From Mytilus edulis (Eukaryota): DNA of 64,000 bases. The notes beneath the pieces were generated by a model that searched no databases, was not told the origin of the DNA, and saw only the letters and a program-made list of their open reading frames with translations. The DNA lies in NCBI RefSeq assembly GCF_963676685.1, contig NC_092346.1, positions 35,526,001-35,590,000 of the forward strand, in the 5' to 3' direction. Shown piece by piece: positions 25,828-41,174 of the stretch (its first letter is position 1; every line of letters begins with the position of its first letter). Position numbers and translations under genes: made by a program.

Positions 25828-28800
25828 AATATTCAAACAAATCTTAAAAAGAAACTTGAGAAAATAGACAAAAAGTTTTCATGTCATCTGAAAACTGAAC
25901 CATAAGACTTAAATAAAAAGATAAAATCAAAACAACACTTAATAAATTTAAAGCATCTGAAACTTTTTTCTTACCGTAGCTACATAAGGAACTCTGAAAG
26001 CCCAGTGTATGAAAGCCCATGAATCTACTTCAAATTAGGAAATAATAACTCATCATTACTCCATTTACCACTTGTCTTTCCTTTATGATGTCATCTTCTT
26101 AAGTTTTGTACATTTTCTCAGTAGTTAATGGATTTAGAAGATTTCGTTATGTCTAATGGTAGTGTATGCACCAAATGTTCAATTGAGAAAAAGCAAAAGA
26201 AGAGTTCATACTTTTTTAGTGCAATCATACAGAGTAGAGATACATGTTTTCACTAAATATGTTATTCATATGGAAAGTATCATTGTGCATTCCAAGCCTT
26301 CAAAATAAATTGTCTGATATTCTGTATACAGAGGTATTAGCTAAAGTGCAATTTCATTATCACAGATCTGAATCATTTATTGAAAAAATCTGTGAAAATC
26401 AAATAAATCCATTTTTAAGGCAAATAATTATGAAATTAATGAAAAGTGATTTTTTTTCTTCATAAAAATAGTTTTATAGTTAATTTGTGCATGCACATTA
26501 AAAAAAATAATTTTGGACTGGAAAACTGTAAATAAATGTGACAAACATTTGAAAAGTTATTGGATGCCTGATGATGATATTTAATGGACACAGACTATAC
26601 TTATATCAAAACACATGAACTAAGATACTGAACTAATAGAATTGTAACTTTTTTCAACAATCAAGATGAAGAACTATGACAATTGTGTTATCCTATTGGA
26701 TATATACCTATTTGGAACATGATATTCACAGTGTGCTAGTGGAAATCAGGCAGAACTATGAAGTATGAACCTTTTGTTGCTTATTACATTTCCGATGATT
26801 TGTGAAACAGACTATTTACCAGAACATTAAATTTCTATGAACAATCTATTCTAATGTCATTTACAGAAATGGAAATTAACTTTGAACATGAAATACAATA
26901 TGACCATGATGACAGTATGCTGTGTGAAAATTAAAACATTCCCTTTGATTATTGTGATTTGTTAATTTTTTTTTTTTCATTTATTAAGGTTTTATATAAT
27001 TTTTCAAACTATATTTAGCAAGAGGGAATATAGTAGTGTTGATTTTCATAAAAGCTTGAAGTGTTACATTTTGAATAATTTCCAGTATTTAAGATGTAAT
27101 TATTTAAAAAAAATAATTAGAATTGCATACTTAGAATTTAGCTGTAAATAATAGGTGTTGATTTTGATAGCAGTAGTTAAGAAAGGGCATTTATTGTTAT
27201 TTCACATTACTTGAGATATAAGGGGCATATATACAATACTGTCAGAAGGGAGTTAATAACTTTGCTAACATAAATGTAGGTTTTTTTGTGACGTTATATA
27301 ATGTGACATATTGGGGAAAATGTGCTTGGACCCCTCTTTTTGATTATTAAATGTACCATTTTTTATGAACAAATCACAGATGATTTTTTTCAACTTAAAC
27401 AAATATTCAACGAAAATGCTATTTTTTTCTTAAATCTTGAAAGTTTTATTTTTCCAATTCATTGTTACATAAATTTATAGCACACTTGTCCACAAAATAT
27501 TCTTTTTTTCTTCCTTTAAATCCACTGATCTTTTGTCACAAAACAGTTAGAGATGTTTTTAGTAAATGTCTAATATTTCAAATGCATTTATCTCTAATAT
27601 TAGAAGAACTGAAAGGTATCTTATTTTCTATTACATATTGGAATTGACTAGGCATGCTAGGTGTATTAAAATAGCTTGTATGCCATATTTAAAAAAAAGA
27701 AAGTTAAACTTAGATATATGTTAAAAACATGCTAGACAGTCAATTTAAATATAAAATTATGTGCAGTAGTTTTAAGCTTTTAGGTTTAGAATGACATTTT
27801 ATATCTGGAATTGTGTATTATTTTAATCTGTTTCAACTGATCAATTATGAGCTAACTTGTTGAAATATGAATACTTGTTTAATAAACATATTTTGGAGTA
27901 CAAATGCTTGACAAATGACCCCCCCCCCAAGAAGATAAATCTTTGAAAAAGTATATATACAAAAAAATTAGTAAAAAAAAAATTTGTTTCAGGCTCAGTC
28001 ATCTATTTTTTTTCAGTTGGTTAGACATTTATGTAAATCTTATTTTGCTGTTTACAGTTTTTTGGATCTGCTTACCCATCCAGGACACCTGTCGTGAGAT
28101 CACGCCCAGTTTTTGGTGGGGTTTGTGTTGCTTAGTCGTTTTCTAGGGTGTGTCTGTATATCATTGTTTGTCTTTCAGTCATTTTTCTTTTTTGGCAAAA
28201 GTGTTGTCAATTTATTTTTGACTGTGGTATGGGCTTTGTTCATAGTTGAAGGTCGTACAGTGACCTTTAGTTGTTAATGTCTGTTTCATTTTGGTCTTTT
28301 GTGGATAATTGTCTCATTGGCAATCATACCACATCTTCTTTTTTATATTATAAGTTTGAATGTTACTTTGGTATATTTTGCCTCTCTTTACCTACACATT
28401 ATTTTGTTTTTGAGTTGATAGTCAAAATTAGCCTCATGCAATAACTCATTTAGTAGTCATCCAATGGTTTTGGTTAAATGGGCATTTTTTTTAAATAGCT
28501 TATATTTCTGTTCATTTTTTATTTACTAGTTTCTCTCTATCAAATATGATTTTGAGTTATTAGCCAAAAAGAGGCAGACTAGCCTAAAATCGACCACTGA
28601 GGGCAATCTGATAATTTTGATTCAAACAGGAAGAAGATAGAGATTGTGGATCCAAGCATTTATGTCCCAGTTTGTTTCTATTTATAACAGTTCTAAAAAA
28701 AAGAATGTGTTCATAATTCACAGATGTCCCACTGGCCCTATCTTTATGTTCAGTGGACCGTAAATTTAGGGTCACAACTCTCTAATTTGGCATTAAAATT

Positions 28801-31448
28801 AGAAAGATCATACCATAGGAAACATGTGTACTAAGTTTCAAGTTGATTGAACTTCAACTTCATCAAAAACTACCTTGACTTAAACCTGAAACAGGACAAA
28901 AAGATGAATAGATGAACAGATGAAGAAATGGACAAAGGAACAGAAACAAAGACCAGAAAACATAATGCCCAACTACTATCTTAGTTGTGGGGGCATAAAA
29001 ATAAAACCATTAATGCATTTTATCAATATCTTTTATCTTTAACCAAAGTGACCATGTTTGTTGACCACAAACTTTATATTATGATCATTCACTTAAGCTT
29101 GGCTGAAATTAGTTCAGTAGTTTCCCATTAGAAGATCTTTGATAAAGTTTACGACAATGCACAACCATGATTGAAGCCAAGTAATAGCAATAGCTCACAT
29201 AGCCTTTGAGCCAGTTGAGCTTAAAATTAAAGGGCAATCAAGAAGCCATGTAACCTCACAACCAGACTTTTATTCAGATTTCAAACTAAAAAAAATCTTT
29301 TTGCTTCCAGAAAGTAGAAGAATTTTATAGTCCTTTGTTTGACCTAGTCAGAGACGGAAGCAATCATTTCCTGTTGACATATGGTCAAAGAGGGTGTTTA
29401 AATCATTAAAAACTTTGAAGATGAACAAATGTAAAAGAAGTTATAGCTCTTATGGCCTTTGGGGTCGGTTAGCTTATGATTCATCGATTTTTAATATTAA
29501 AAACAACTTTCAGCACACTTCTACATTATTGCCACCAGCTTTTATTGGTAGAGGAAGCAATATATAATGCAATTCTAGGCCAGAGTTCAACACACATTGC
29601 ACAAGAGTGGTTCAAAACTGAAACCTCAGTGTTGATAGACTAGTGATCACTGTAAATGAAACACTAAGACCACGCCATCACAAAGTAGCTGGTTAGCTTT
29701 AATACGAGTAAATCCGTTTATTAAAGCTTTAACATGAGTTAATCAATTTTTAAAACAGAATACTACTGTATATCAAATTCTATAAGCAAATTTACCTCAA
29801 ATTCCTGCCAAGATTCCAATACCATAAGTCTCTCTTCTTTTTCTCCAGCACTTTTCATAGCATTATTTGCCTCTTTGTACACAGTTCTGGCTTTTTCAAT
29901 ACACTGTCTTCTCCTGTTGTTTTCTCAAACTGACCAAAACTTATCCAAACCTGCAAAGAACAACCAAAGTCAAAATCTGATGTTTTTTAAAAAGTTGGTT
30001 CTAAGTATAAAGCTCAACTTTGTAAGACAAGACAGGATACTTAAATTGAGAAAGGAAATGGGGAATGTGTCAAAGCGACAACAACCCGACCATAGAGCAG
30101 ACAACAGTCGAAGGCCACCAATGGGTCTTCAATGTAGCGAGAATTCCCACACCCGTAGGTGTCCTTCAGCTGGCCCCTAAAAATATGTATACTAGTACAG
30201 TGATAATGGACGTCATACTAAACTCCGAATTATACACAAGAAACTAAAATTAAAAATCATACAAGACTAACAAAGGCCAGAGGCTCCTGACTTGGGACAG
30301 GCGCAAAATTGCAGCGGGGTTAAACATGTTTATGTGATCTCAACCCTCCCCCTATACCTCTAGCCAATATAGAAAGTAAACGCATAACAATACGCACATT
30401 AAAATTCAGTTCAAGAGAAGTCCGAGTCCGATGTCAAAAGATGTACTGACTGATTATAACAAAGTCTTTAAAAGACCAAACATAAATTCTGCTGCTTAAT
30501 CAAGCATTTTAAATTATGTAAAGAAATCATGGCAGATCTAGTTTTAACTTCAAATACATTTTTGGGTGATCTCCCCTACTTTATATATTATTGTAGGATA
30601 AGATAAGACTACACAAATTAAGGAAGGGATAACTTAAAAAAACTATATGATTTTATAGAACAAAAAATGTTTTACTTTAAAAATCAAATAAAAAAACCCA
30701 TTAAAAATCTTTTTGTAGAGATATTAAAGGGTAAATAAACCCCAAAAAACAAAACTTCATTAAAAATGTAAATAAATATACGAAACAAATCTTGTGATCC
30801 TTTGGTTTTGTATGGTGCTTTTTTTCAAACTTGTCTGTCAAAATATTTGTTTATAATATTCTATATGAGAAATCATAATAATTATGGAATAACTAATCGA
30901 AGAACTTAAATAGAGAAAAATATTCAACTAGTGACCGAAGAACACATTAATTCACGAATGCTATAGCGCATGAGTTAATTATCATTATTGTATGACGTCA
31001 GAGAGTGAAATAACCACAACAACAGGGGCTGAACCTTTTATATATTCTCATGCATCAGTACTTCATGAGATCCTTGACTAATGTTCATCAAATCATATCA
31101 TTTCTTTAAAACAAAATATAGAATAGTATTATGTATTAACTTCACATGCTTTGTACATTGTAACAAACGTCGGTACAGATTTCTCACTTTATCAAATTCC
31201 TCTTGTTCTATCTGAAAATCAATGTAAGATTTCCACAAGACTTCAGGCATATCTAGCTGTTGCTGATTTATAGCAAGTTCATAAATAGCTTCCGCTCTGT
31301 CTATATCACTCAATATCGTCTCCAACTCTGCATACTGTAAAAAAAATAAAATAAACATGTTCAGTTATATCAAAAACTTCTAAAAAAAGTTTTTATAAAA
31401 GAGGAATAAAATCTAAAAATAAGTGTTTCTCCCCTTTTTTAAAATTTA

Positions 31449-32177
31449 CTAGAACACACCCGTGATATCACGGGTCCGTGACTGAATTAAAGTATATAAC
31501 TATGCGCAAGCCTTATTTTAGTATTAGTATTTTCATCTGATAAAGTCATGCCGATTATAAGATACACAGTTTTTCTCTGCTTTCAAGTCTTTCTGTTTGA
31601 ACCAATAATATTAATTATTTGGAAAACAAAAGGTCATGGAATGGAGTATTTCTTAATCAACAGCATTGTCCTATATAAGTTATAAATAAAGTTGAATTCT
31701 TTGCTTCGCTGTTTTACGTCATGCCCACTAACAAATTGAAAACTGTACCTATACACCTTATTTTTAGTCCAGATTTTTAGTATTCGTATTGTTATCTTAG
31801 AAAGTCTTACTGATTAAAATACTACTATAGGTAACAATTTGACAATTTAGTAGTGTCAACCCTGTGGTTAATGACCCGTGTATATAGCATATTAATCCTG
31901 AAAACAACGTTTGGTGGTGCGCCTGTCAGATGCGGAACGTACAGATAAGGTAATAGGTAACAGGTGAATATACTATTGGTATCGGTAGCGGACTCGACCC
32001 GGAACTTCTAATTATTGGCAATATTAATTACGTGGAAAACAAAAGGGCCTGGAGTGGTGTAATTTTTAATCTACACCTTTGTACTATAATAGTTATATAT
32101 AAAGTTGAATTCTGCGATTCGTCGTATTTACGTGATGACGGCTGACAAATTGGACCTCGTAATTTTAGTATTATAGA
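31449..32177 (-). mobile_element. Non-autonomous Helitron, 729 bp, specific to unit B
   Basis: On the minus strand A|TCTATAATACTAAAA ... CCCGTGATATCACGGG (perfect 16-bp palindrome, 31459-31474) TGTGTT CTAG|T. Inserted between A and T with no TSD; internal ~135-bp diverged direct repeat. Confidence 0.9.
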
Positions 32178-35100
32178 TGTTTTAATTTTAATGATTCAAA
32201 AACATTATTATATCTGTCTTTTAAAATTTCATTCTACACCGGTAGCCACTAGTCCAAAGTTATACACTAGTAATACTTTGTTTGAACTAGCTAGTTAGTG
32301 CAAAATTTAGTTTTTTGGATTTTTCAGACAAACATAAACTTTCCAAAACAAACATTCTTTCAAAATAATGTATTTGATTTTTTAATTAAACCACTTATAA
32401 AACTTATACAATTTCTATTGTAAAAAAATACAAGTACACTTTTTACTAATTAAATTCTGTGAATTTTTATTATCAACATGAATAACTCACCATGACTCCT
32501 GGCTCCTTGTAAACTTTTCTGACGAATTTCAAACTGAGCGAATAAAAGACAGATTTTAGCAAATGTAAATGTTTTATGAGGTATCACATCTGAACATGCT
32601 TTAAACACATCTCTGACTTTATCAGGATCATCATTTTCTAATTCTTCATAAACAGCATAATTGATCCATAAATATATATATCTTCTCCAATGACGTTTCT
32701 CCTAAAAAACAGACTTTTTTACATTAAAAATAAATGGATAATGTGTCTATGGAACTCAGATGTTGCCTCTGCTTGCATATATGGTTAAAAAGGGACATAT
32801 CTCAGGAATGGTAAAAGTTAGTTTTGTGGTTACAAACATTGTTAATAAGTTTCATAATATTTGGTCGAGTCAAACTTAAGCTAGAGAAAGAACATGTAAA
32901 ATTTAGCAATTTTTCCTTTTGGATTTCATTTGTAAAGGGGCATAACTCGGCATGTGATGCTTAGCAAATACAAACTTTATCTGTATTTTGTGGTAATAAA
33001 CATTGTGTACAAGTTTCATAGGCAAACTAATTGTAAATAAACTTGTTGAGTAGTGTAAGATGTTTTACTGACTTGTTTTTTTTTCGTGTTACAAATGTAT
33101 TTGGGAAGGTATTAAAGCTACTAAAAGCACATCTTTGGCCCAATTGTATGTTCATGTGCCTGTCCGATGTCAAAACCCTTCAGCAAATGTCTAAGTTAGT
33201 TTGTCCATGAAGGAACTTAGTTGAAGGCAAAGATCTCTCATTGCATTGAAATGCATTCTTTTGCTAAATATTTATCGTACTTGAAACTACATCAATTTCT
33301 AAACTGCAAATTGATCTTAAACCAAGACAGAATTGACTATATTAATACAATAGACTTTACCCTTTCACAATACCAATCACTGTAAACCAACTTGCTTTTT
33401 ATGAATATTTATTTTCACATGATATGCATATAGAAAAATAACATCAATTAAAATTGTAGTGAATTTATTTTCTATTAAAATATATCAACAAATTTTGCTA
33501 GTTTAGCCTGATTACTTGGTTGTTTTGTCATCATAATCTTACTTTAGATGGAGGTACATTTGCTATGGCTCATTCATATGTTTCTCTTATTTGTTCTGTA
33601 TTTCCGTCTGCCTCTAACAACCTCAGGTAATCAAACCAGGCATCATAATTATAGGGATTAGTTTTCACTTCCTGAAAAAAAGAAACTAATATTGTTAATG
33701 TTAGAAATTAAATATAAATTCAGCCAGGATAAATATTACAAAAAAAAATCCATTACAGCTGATTTCCTAATACTTGCAAAGTAAAACTGGTTGGCTTTCT
33801 TGCTTTTTTTTGTATATTTGTTAATACAAGCTTTGTAAATAAGATTGACATCTTTAAACAATTTATATAGGCATAGTTTAACCTGTATATATCATATTTG
33901 AATTCAATTGGGTGTTATCCTAATGATTGTAAAATATACAAACAAAGCAAGCAAGCTAACCAAAGTTTTGTTTTACATGCATTAGGAAATAGCTGTAATG
34001 TAAGTTCAGATTATTGGATGTAATAAATACTGTCAAAATTACAATGAGATAGATTTGCCCCCAAAAATTAGCATTTTATATTTTGATACCATTATTTTGC
34101 ATGCAGTATTTACCAAAATCGATGAATAATCAACATTTGTCCATTTTCCAACAAATATTAAACTAATGCAAAAATTCCTGAATTTACATATATTATAAAG
34201 GCCATTTTTTAATTTGCAAGGTCTTTCTTTCTCACCTTAGTTAAATACAGCTGCTGGTTTAGAAAACCTTAAGCTCCTACATATTCATAAACTTTCATTT
34301 GATATTAAATGAAATATCATGGTAACAATAGAAATTGTCCATAAAAAATCTTCGGCATCTGTGGCAATAAATATTGGTACTTTAAAAAGTTATCTTTTTC
34401 ACCTACTCAGATGTAAACCACTCTAGATCATTTGCTCATTTTGTACATGTTGAAATGGATTTATCTTTCTTACTGCAAATATATTGCATGGAAACAAAAA
34501 TTAGTGGCATTTTGCAGCAAATTGCAAAAGTGTAAAACACACAGGATTTCACAATAAATTGTATAAGTATTGTATAAGTATTGTATAAGCAATGATTTAT
34601 TTTGGAAAATAATATTCCAATCTTTTTTTCTAATAACATAAATTTGAAATCAAAAGAATAAAATGAAATTAACAGTTTGTCAAACAACTAATCATATTTT
34701 GGGGGATGTGAGCATAGATTTTTTTTCTTTTTTTTCTCTATTGATAGAATGCAATCTTTAAGTATAAGTCTAATGTATACTATAATTAAAGCTTATATCA
34801 TTTATACCTCTTCATATTTGAATCTTCTTTTACTGACAATAACATCTATAGCTGCACGACTACCAAACCTCTTCTTATGGACGGTATAATGTTTGTAGAT
34901 TTCTTCACAACTGTATCTTTTGAAAGATGATCTAGAGCATATTTGTATATCAACCTGGCTCTCTCATGCTGGAAATAAAACAACATATAAACAGCTTATA
35001 GGGATGTTGGACAGAGAATTAAAACCATGTCATATGAAAATAGATTGACATTTTGTTCTCTCGCTTCAACAATCCTTGACAAAATAAGGATTAAGTATTT

Positions 35101-35792
35101 GGATTCTATTTTCTATCTATTAGCTCTTATTGTTTTTTTTTCACTTTATTTAAATTTGATTACCTAATGTACAAAATACTACATTAAATTTTATTCTCAT
35201 AGCCTTAATCAGAATTTATTTTATTATACTAACGTTATGATGTTTGAGATCAATTGGCTTTATCATCTTTTTTTCAATTAGTTTTGATTGTTTTCTGTTG
35301 TCAAATTTTGGTGTTTTTACAGTATGCACTATAGATCAACTCTTATTTAAATTCATTCTAAAAAGTAAATAAAGATAAAGTAGATGTGGTATAATCACCA
35401 TGAGACAATTATCAAGCAGAAACCAAAGGACAAAGATGTTTTGGCATTTCTTTCAATAGATATTGAAATATTATATTTTTTTCTCATTTTTTTAATCATT
35501 CATTTCTGTTCTCCTAATTGGAACAGAAGTGACCATGAGCATAACAATTTGAGATGTATACAGTACTCCACAACATTGCTATAAATTCTTTACCTTTATA
35601 AGTCTGATATATAATAAGGGTTGGTTTACCAGTACTTACTTCTTTTTGGCCTTCCTCAAACTTAGCAAAAGCAACAACAAGTCTTTCATCAATATTGTCT
35701 TCACCAAAGAATTCCACAGCTCTCTCATAAACCTGTCTAGCACTACTTAGCATATTTAATCCAGTTTTTCACCTCAGGATGAACAAGGACAA

Positions 35793-35810
35793 GTAAAATA
35801 GTTCAGGAAA
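35793..35810 (-). other. U12-type (AT-AC) intron branch point and acceptor, copy B
   Basis: Minus strand TTTCCTGAACTATTTTAC|TTGTCCTTGTTCATCCTGAG, running into (F)VLVHPEVKNWIKYAK. Confidence 0.7.
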
Positions 35811-36749
35811 ATCAAATAATATATTCAAACTATGATTTTATTTTCACCTTTCGGTAGCTTGTAAATTCTACACACTATTGTTCAGATTTTGTTTTCAACA
35901 TTTGATTTTGGATTCTTAAATCAAGTCTATTTGTAAAATTTCCCCAAACTTTTAATTTTTTAATTTTTATTTGCACATACTCTATTTACCAATAATTTAA
36001 TTAAAATCATAATGGATTTACCTCCCCTTTGGTTTAATAATTCAATGAATACAAAAACAACAGGTTTTCTTAACAGTACCTCTTTTTTAAACATGATTTT
36101 TTTAAAGATAGGTGTAATGCATCATTATAGAAATATACAAACCAGAGACTGTTAATTTAATTCTTTCAGTGAATTGATTTTTAATTTCTCTACTTAATAT
36201 GCATGAAATATTTTCCAGTAGACATTAGTCACACATTAACTATCAAAAATAAGAAAAAAATCAAACAAAAGTTTAATACAAAAGTCGCAGACTCAACAAA
36301 AATGAGGTCAAGGTCGGTTGAACTCTCACAATAAGGCATCTTTATACTTAATACAATTTGTTCAATCTTTCTTCTTTCCTTATGGATTCAAAGCTTTATA
36401 ATGAACACATATGTTGACATAAGCACCCTTATGTCGCATTCTGGTAAGACAAAAATCATTTAAATTTATCATAGGTAGTATCATGAGTCTAAGATGTTCA
36501 ACCAAATTCACTTAATCTATCTTACACCTGGTTTCTTTTTTAAAGTGAAGTTCGATTCCTAAATTCAATTGAAAAGGTCCCCCATACGCATTTCTTCCCT
36601 TTTCGAATCTATAGACTGTAGGTTATGTGAGTGAAACCGTTGCAATTCAGAAAAGAAATCACTTTCAGAAATGTCATGGTAATGATTTTATTGTCTCCAT
36701 TGTCAGAACATTTGTTCTTCCTCATTATTATTCTATACCTCTTTGTAAT

Positions 36750-37125
36750 GTTAGTTGAATGGATTAAGAGATCAGATGTCCAGTTGCAAATATTACATCC
36801 CTATCAGGACAATAACATGTTGTGATGTGAATATGAACTTTGCATTGTACTAGACAGATTCACTTTTTCGGATTTTAAACCTGCTAGTCCACAAGCCAAC
36901 AATCCATAGGAATGCATGTTGCTTAACTCAGACACATTATTTGGATTCTGTGTGAACCAGTCTTGACTCTTACCCCTGGAATACTGTGTGTTTTGTGGAG
37001 ACACAGCTAATACCAAATCTTAGATAACATTGAGAATGGAATGTTCACTTTGACCAAGCATGGGGTCCAACCCAAGGCCTCCAGCACTCTAAGCATGTTC
37101 GCTGTCTCAAGGCCAATAGATAGTG
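36750..37125 (-). mobile_element. Decayed SINE-like element
   Basis: Degenerate tRNA-like head at the right end on the minus strand; paralogous copy ~62610-63115. Recognised by resemblance only. Confidence 0.4.
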
Positions 37126-37402
37126 TTTCATCAAAATGATAAATTATTGAAATATTGCAATTTTCAGGAGGAATGTTATATGAAGCAAAGTGTCTTGACA
37201 TGGTGACAATACACAATTTGTCAACATGACATTGCTGGGTGAAACAGGTCTATTCTAATTTTTGAAGTAGTTCAAATGTCAGCTCTAACATGATTGGTTA
37301 ATCCCCAGAATTGATCTAATCAGAGAATTTTAACATGAATATATCAGTTCAACAGGAACTTGGGTCATGGTCTTCTTCCTTATTTATATCTGTTGGAACA
37401 AA

Positions 37403-37992
37403 GGAGTAGGTCCAGTAAGACCCCTTTTTGGCCCCAAAATATAGCAGTTTTACAAAATTGTTAAAATGTAAACTTTTAGTTATTTATTGGATAGTAGAAT
37501 GGTTCTAGCTTATCGATCTGCTACATAAATATGGGCTGTTTTTGACAATAAAATGCACATATATTGGGAACTAGCACCATTAAGTCATGCTAAATTACTG
37601 AAATCTTTACAATTCCAGCATTTTAGTTAAATTTTAGATGGTTTCCGTGTAAAACGAAAGTGGCCACATTCGTGTTCATCCAAAATATTGAAATGGAAGT
37701 TGTATTTGATGATAATACATAACATATATAAAGATTGAGGATGAACAAGGATGCGGCCACATTCGTTTTTGACAAAAACCATCTGAAAAGTGACATTTTT
37801 CGCATATTTGGTAGATTTTTCATATTTGAGCTTGAATCGGATTGTTTTTAATGATTAAATAAGTTAAAATCTTTCACATAAATTAATTGAATCCTATGAA
37901 ATAGACACTTAAGTGTTTAAAAAGTGGTCAAAATCTTACGTCAGATGAAATTGAAATTTGAGACCAAAATCGGTCCTTACCGGACCTACTCC
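37403..37992. mobile_element. MITE, probably Spy-type, specific to unit B
   Basis: TIRs GGAGTAGGTCCAGTAAG / CTTACCGGACCTACTCC, flanked by AAA on the left and TTT on the right with no TSD; absent at the paralogous site ~63400. Confidence 0.75.
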
Positions 37993-40900
37993 TTTGTTCA
38001 TTTTAATTTTAATTTGCAGAGATAAGCTACAAAACAGAGTGGATTAATTTTTTCAGTGCACAGTTTAATTTACAAAATCATGATTGATTGGTTGTTGCTT
38101 GCGTGCTTAACGTCCAGTGGCATATATTTCATATATAATTTGGGACGACAACTAATAGAAATAAATACAGGTTATGAAAGGTACAGTAATTCAACAGAAA
38201 AGAAAGAAGGAAGTAAGAACTGCCACTGGAAAACGAGGTTATGCTGAGTAGAGGAAATTACGCTTAGCAAAAGGCGATCATAAGAAAGAAGTTGGACTGC
38301 AACTGGAAAACGAGTTTATGTTGGGTAGAGGGGAGATTTTCGCTTAGGAAAATGATACTCCTCACTCAGAAAGATGTTGCAAGGGTCCCTCATTGTGTAG
38401 AGAGCGCAACATATCCATCATGCATGGGTCTTTAAAAGTAACAACATCCCTACAAAATTTGGCCATCAGGATAAGAGAAATATAATGTCATTCTGTCTCT
38501 TCCACGATATATACTTTTCCCCATTGATTTCCAGATCTAAGAAACTGTTTGTTGAACCAGGAAGATCTTTTTCAGTGTGTACAATTTGGATATTGACACA
38601 TAACTACTCATGCAAGACTGGTTAAAATGTTTACAAGTGACTGATCAACAGACAACCGAAAATTATATCTACAATCTTCAGGATATTAGGTTAATATGCA
38701 TGAATTTTTGACTGTAACAACAGAAATAATAAAGTGCCATTCTGTGTTTATTCTTTATTTGTGCCTTTTGTCTTTTGTCTTTTTCTGTCCATTTTCTCTG
38801 TTATTTCTCATTTTAGTCTATTATTCTCTTTTCTGTAAACTCTATTTAGATCATCATAAGAAGAATGTCACTTTATCTATATACCAACACTTAAGTATCT
38901 ACCATTTCATTTTTATAAGGGGGCTATGATGTAAATTTTGTCAAGCTTTTTTTTTAGTTGTAATCTCTGTCTTGTCTTTTTATTTTTCACTCTATTAGGT
39001 TCTTCCTTTTTATATAAGCTTATCCTGACTTTTTTTTTACATAAATTGTCATCCTGCCTTTTTTTTAAATCAAAACTCCTGTCCTGCCTATTTCTTTCAA
39101 ATTTCATCCTAGACCCCTATAAAAATCAAACGGTAGCTTCCTGAAGATGTTTAAGAAAACTGAGTTAAATTTGTGTTGAAATCAAACTCTAAGCAAATTG
39201 TTATAAGAGGAAGGATATTGTGACATCTTCCATGATGATCAATCTGGCCAAAAGATCAGAAAAGAGGGTTAAATACTGGAAAAGTATAAAATAAAATTAA
39301 GCCTTATTGCAAAGTTTTATTTTAATTGGTTAAGTTGTCCGTGTGAAAATACAATTTTGGTACCTTTAAATCCCTTTGACTCAAATGAACATTCAATTTT
39401 ATGATGGTGAGCGAATTGCCACTAAAATAAGATCACTAAGTTGGACTACAAACATTTCCGTCATGTTTCATTTCAAAAAAGCAATTGGGTCATAAAAACT
39501 TCATACACTATTATCAAAATTCAGACTCAGAAATAAACCTTTCAAATAAACTGTGTGAGTGTTAAAAAAAATATTGCACAAGTCCAGAAAATGAAACTTT
39601 CCGATTTGATTCTCCTCTGAGTTCAGTATTTTTGTGATTTTACTTTTAGTTGAGGAAATCTTAATTTTGGTGTTACAAAAGAGAACACAAGTCCAATTTG
39701 CTAAAGACTCATTTATTTATAAAAATCTTGCATCACTTATTTCTCAAATATAAACATTTCATATCACAATCCTTACAAATGAAGCATTGTTCTTATATAT
39801 ATACCACTTTCACACTGTTCAATGTATACAAATGATTAACCAGCACTCACTCTTACAGTCATAGCACTTTTTCAAAATTAAGGAAGCCTTCTCACGATGA
39901 ATCTATAACTGACGCAACCCTTCAGATGTTTACCTGTAAGTAGTATACCATTATCATATTGAAGAATACAATAGAAGTATTTACATTTGTATGCAAATGT
40001 GTCCGCTATAACTTAAATCAATTAATAAAGTTAATACCACAAAAGTACCTCTGAAATATTGCACCCTCTTTTCTTAGATAAAATTTGGCTGCTTATATAG
40101 GGAATCACTGAAGCGGGTCCGGGAGCGGGCCCCAACTTATGAAAATTTCTGGATCCGCCACTGTTGCATCACTATTTTAAATACATAAAGTCATAATTTA
40201 AAAGTGATTGTTGCATAATTTCAGGAGATGATTCAGATACCAATCTAACATTAATTTGAGAAAAATTCAGCTACTGCGGATTAATTTATTTTCCTGTGTA
40301 CCAATTTTCGTGGATTGAGGAAAACTTGCAACTTTTTTGATATTTGATTTCATGGTTCACAATAGTCTGCATGTATTCATATTGCAAATTTGTGATTCGC
40401 TGAACATTTAAATTCATGGCTTACTTGTAACCCACAAAATCCAAGAAAATTGGTATCAATCGAATGATAATGAATTCACAGTTAGTATATAACAAAAGTG
40501 TAAATACGTCGATTGTATGCCAATAGAAACTTTTACTAAACTCATGACTGCATTAACATTTCAACGTTAAGAAATCTACTTTCTTAAAACAAATGAGATT
40601 CCATGAATTGATGGATCAGTGTCTTCATGATCTTTAAGTTCAAATTCTAAGTCAATCATGATTTTACAGTGTAAGATGAGTTACTTCCCCTTACTCTCAT
40701 TACATGAGTCACTCCCCCCTAACTGATCAGCTTTCCTCATCATCTTCCACTTGTTGTTTCCATTTCTTAGCCATAGCTAACAGTTTAAGATTTGGTTGAG
40801 AAGCTTCTTCATCAGGAAATATATAATCATGGTACTCTTCCCAGCCTGCATCAGACTGAAATAAAAAGGGGGAAGATGTATTGATGATTTGGGGAAATTA

Positions 40901-41174
40901 ATTTTTTCAATTTTTAAAGCAATTACATCATCCAAATTATTGCTTTTCATCCATTAATGCATTTCACATCAATCTCTAACTTTATAGTAGTTTTTTTGGC
41001 AATTAGATTAAATTTCATGATCCCAGGACCAAACTAGTTTATTATATTTTTACCATTTACTTGACTCTGATTCTGACCTTGCCTTAACTTTAAAGCAAGC
41101 AACAGAATAATTTTAAAACTATTTCTTAATCATTAAAAATAAAACTATGTGCAGAATTTACCACTTAAGAATAT

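Larger units (their letters stand above)
20992..35792 (-). pseudogene. CRNKL1: CRNKL1 partial copy B, disrupted
   Basis: Exons 35792-35640 (26-nt deletion), 34968-34808 (net -1), 33671-33543 (TGA at 33570-33572), 32701-32491 (-2), GTAVG exon deleted near 31425, 31334-31140 (donor GT>TT), 29950-29796 (-1), 21760-21668, 21120-20992. Confidence 0.92.

Noticed and set aside
39211-39218. ATATCCTT on the minus strand as the U12 donor for the copy B acceptor
   Set aside because: The adjacent sequence does not translate to the expected CRNKL1 exon end (...RARxIYER); probably a chance match.
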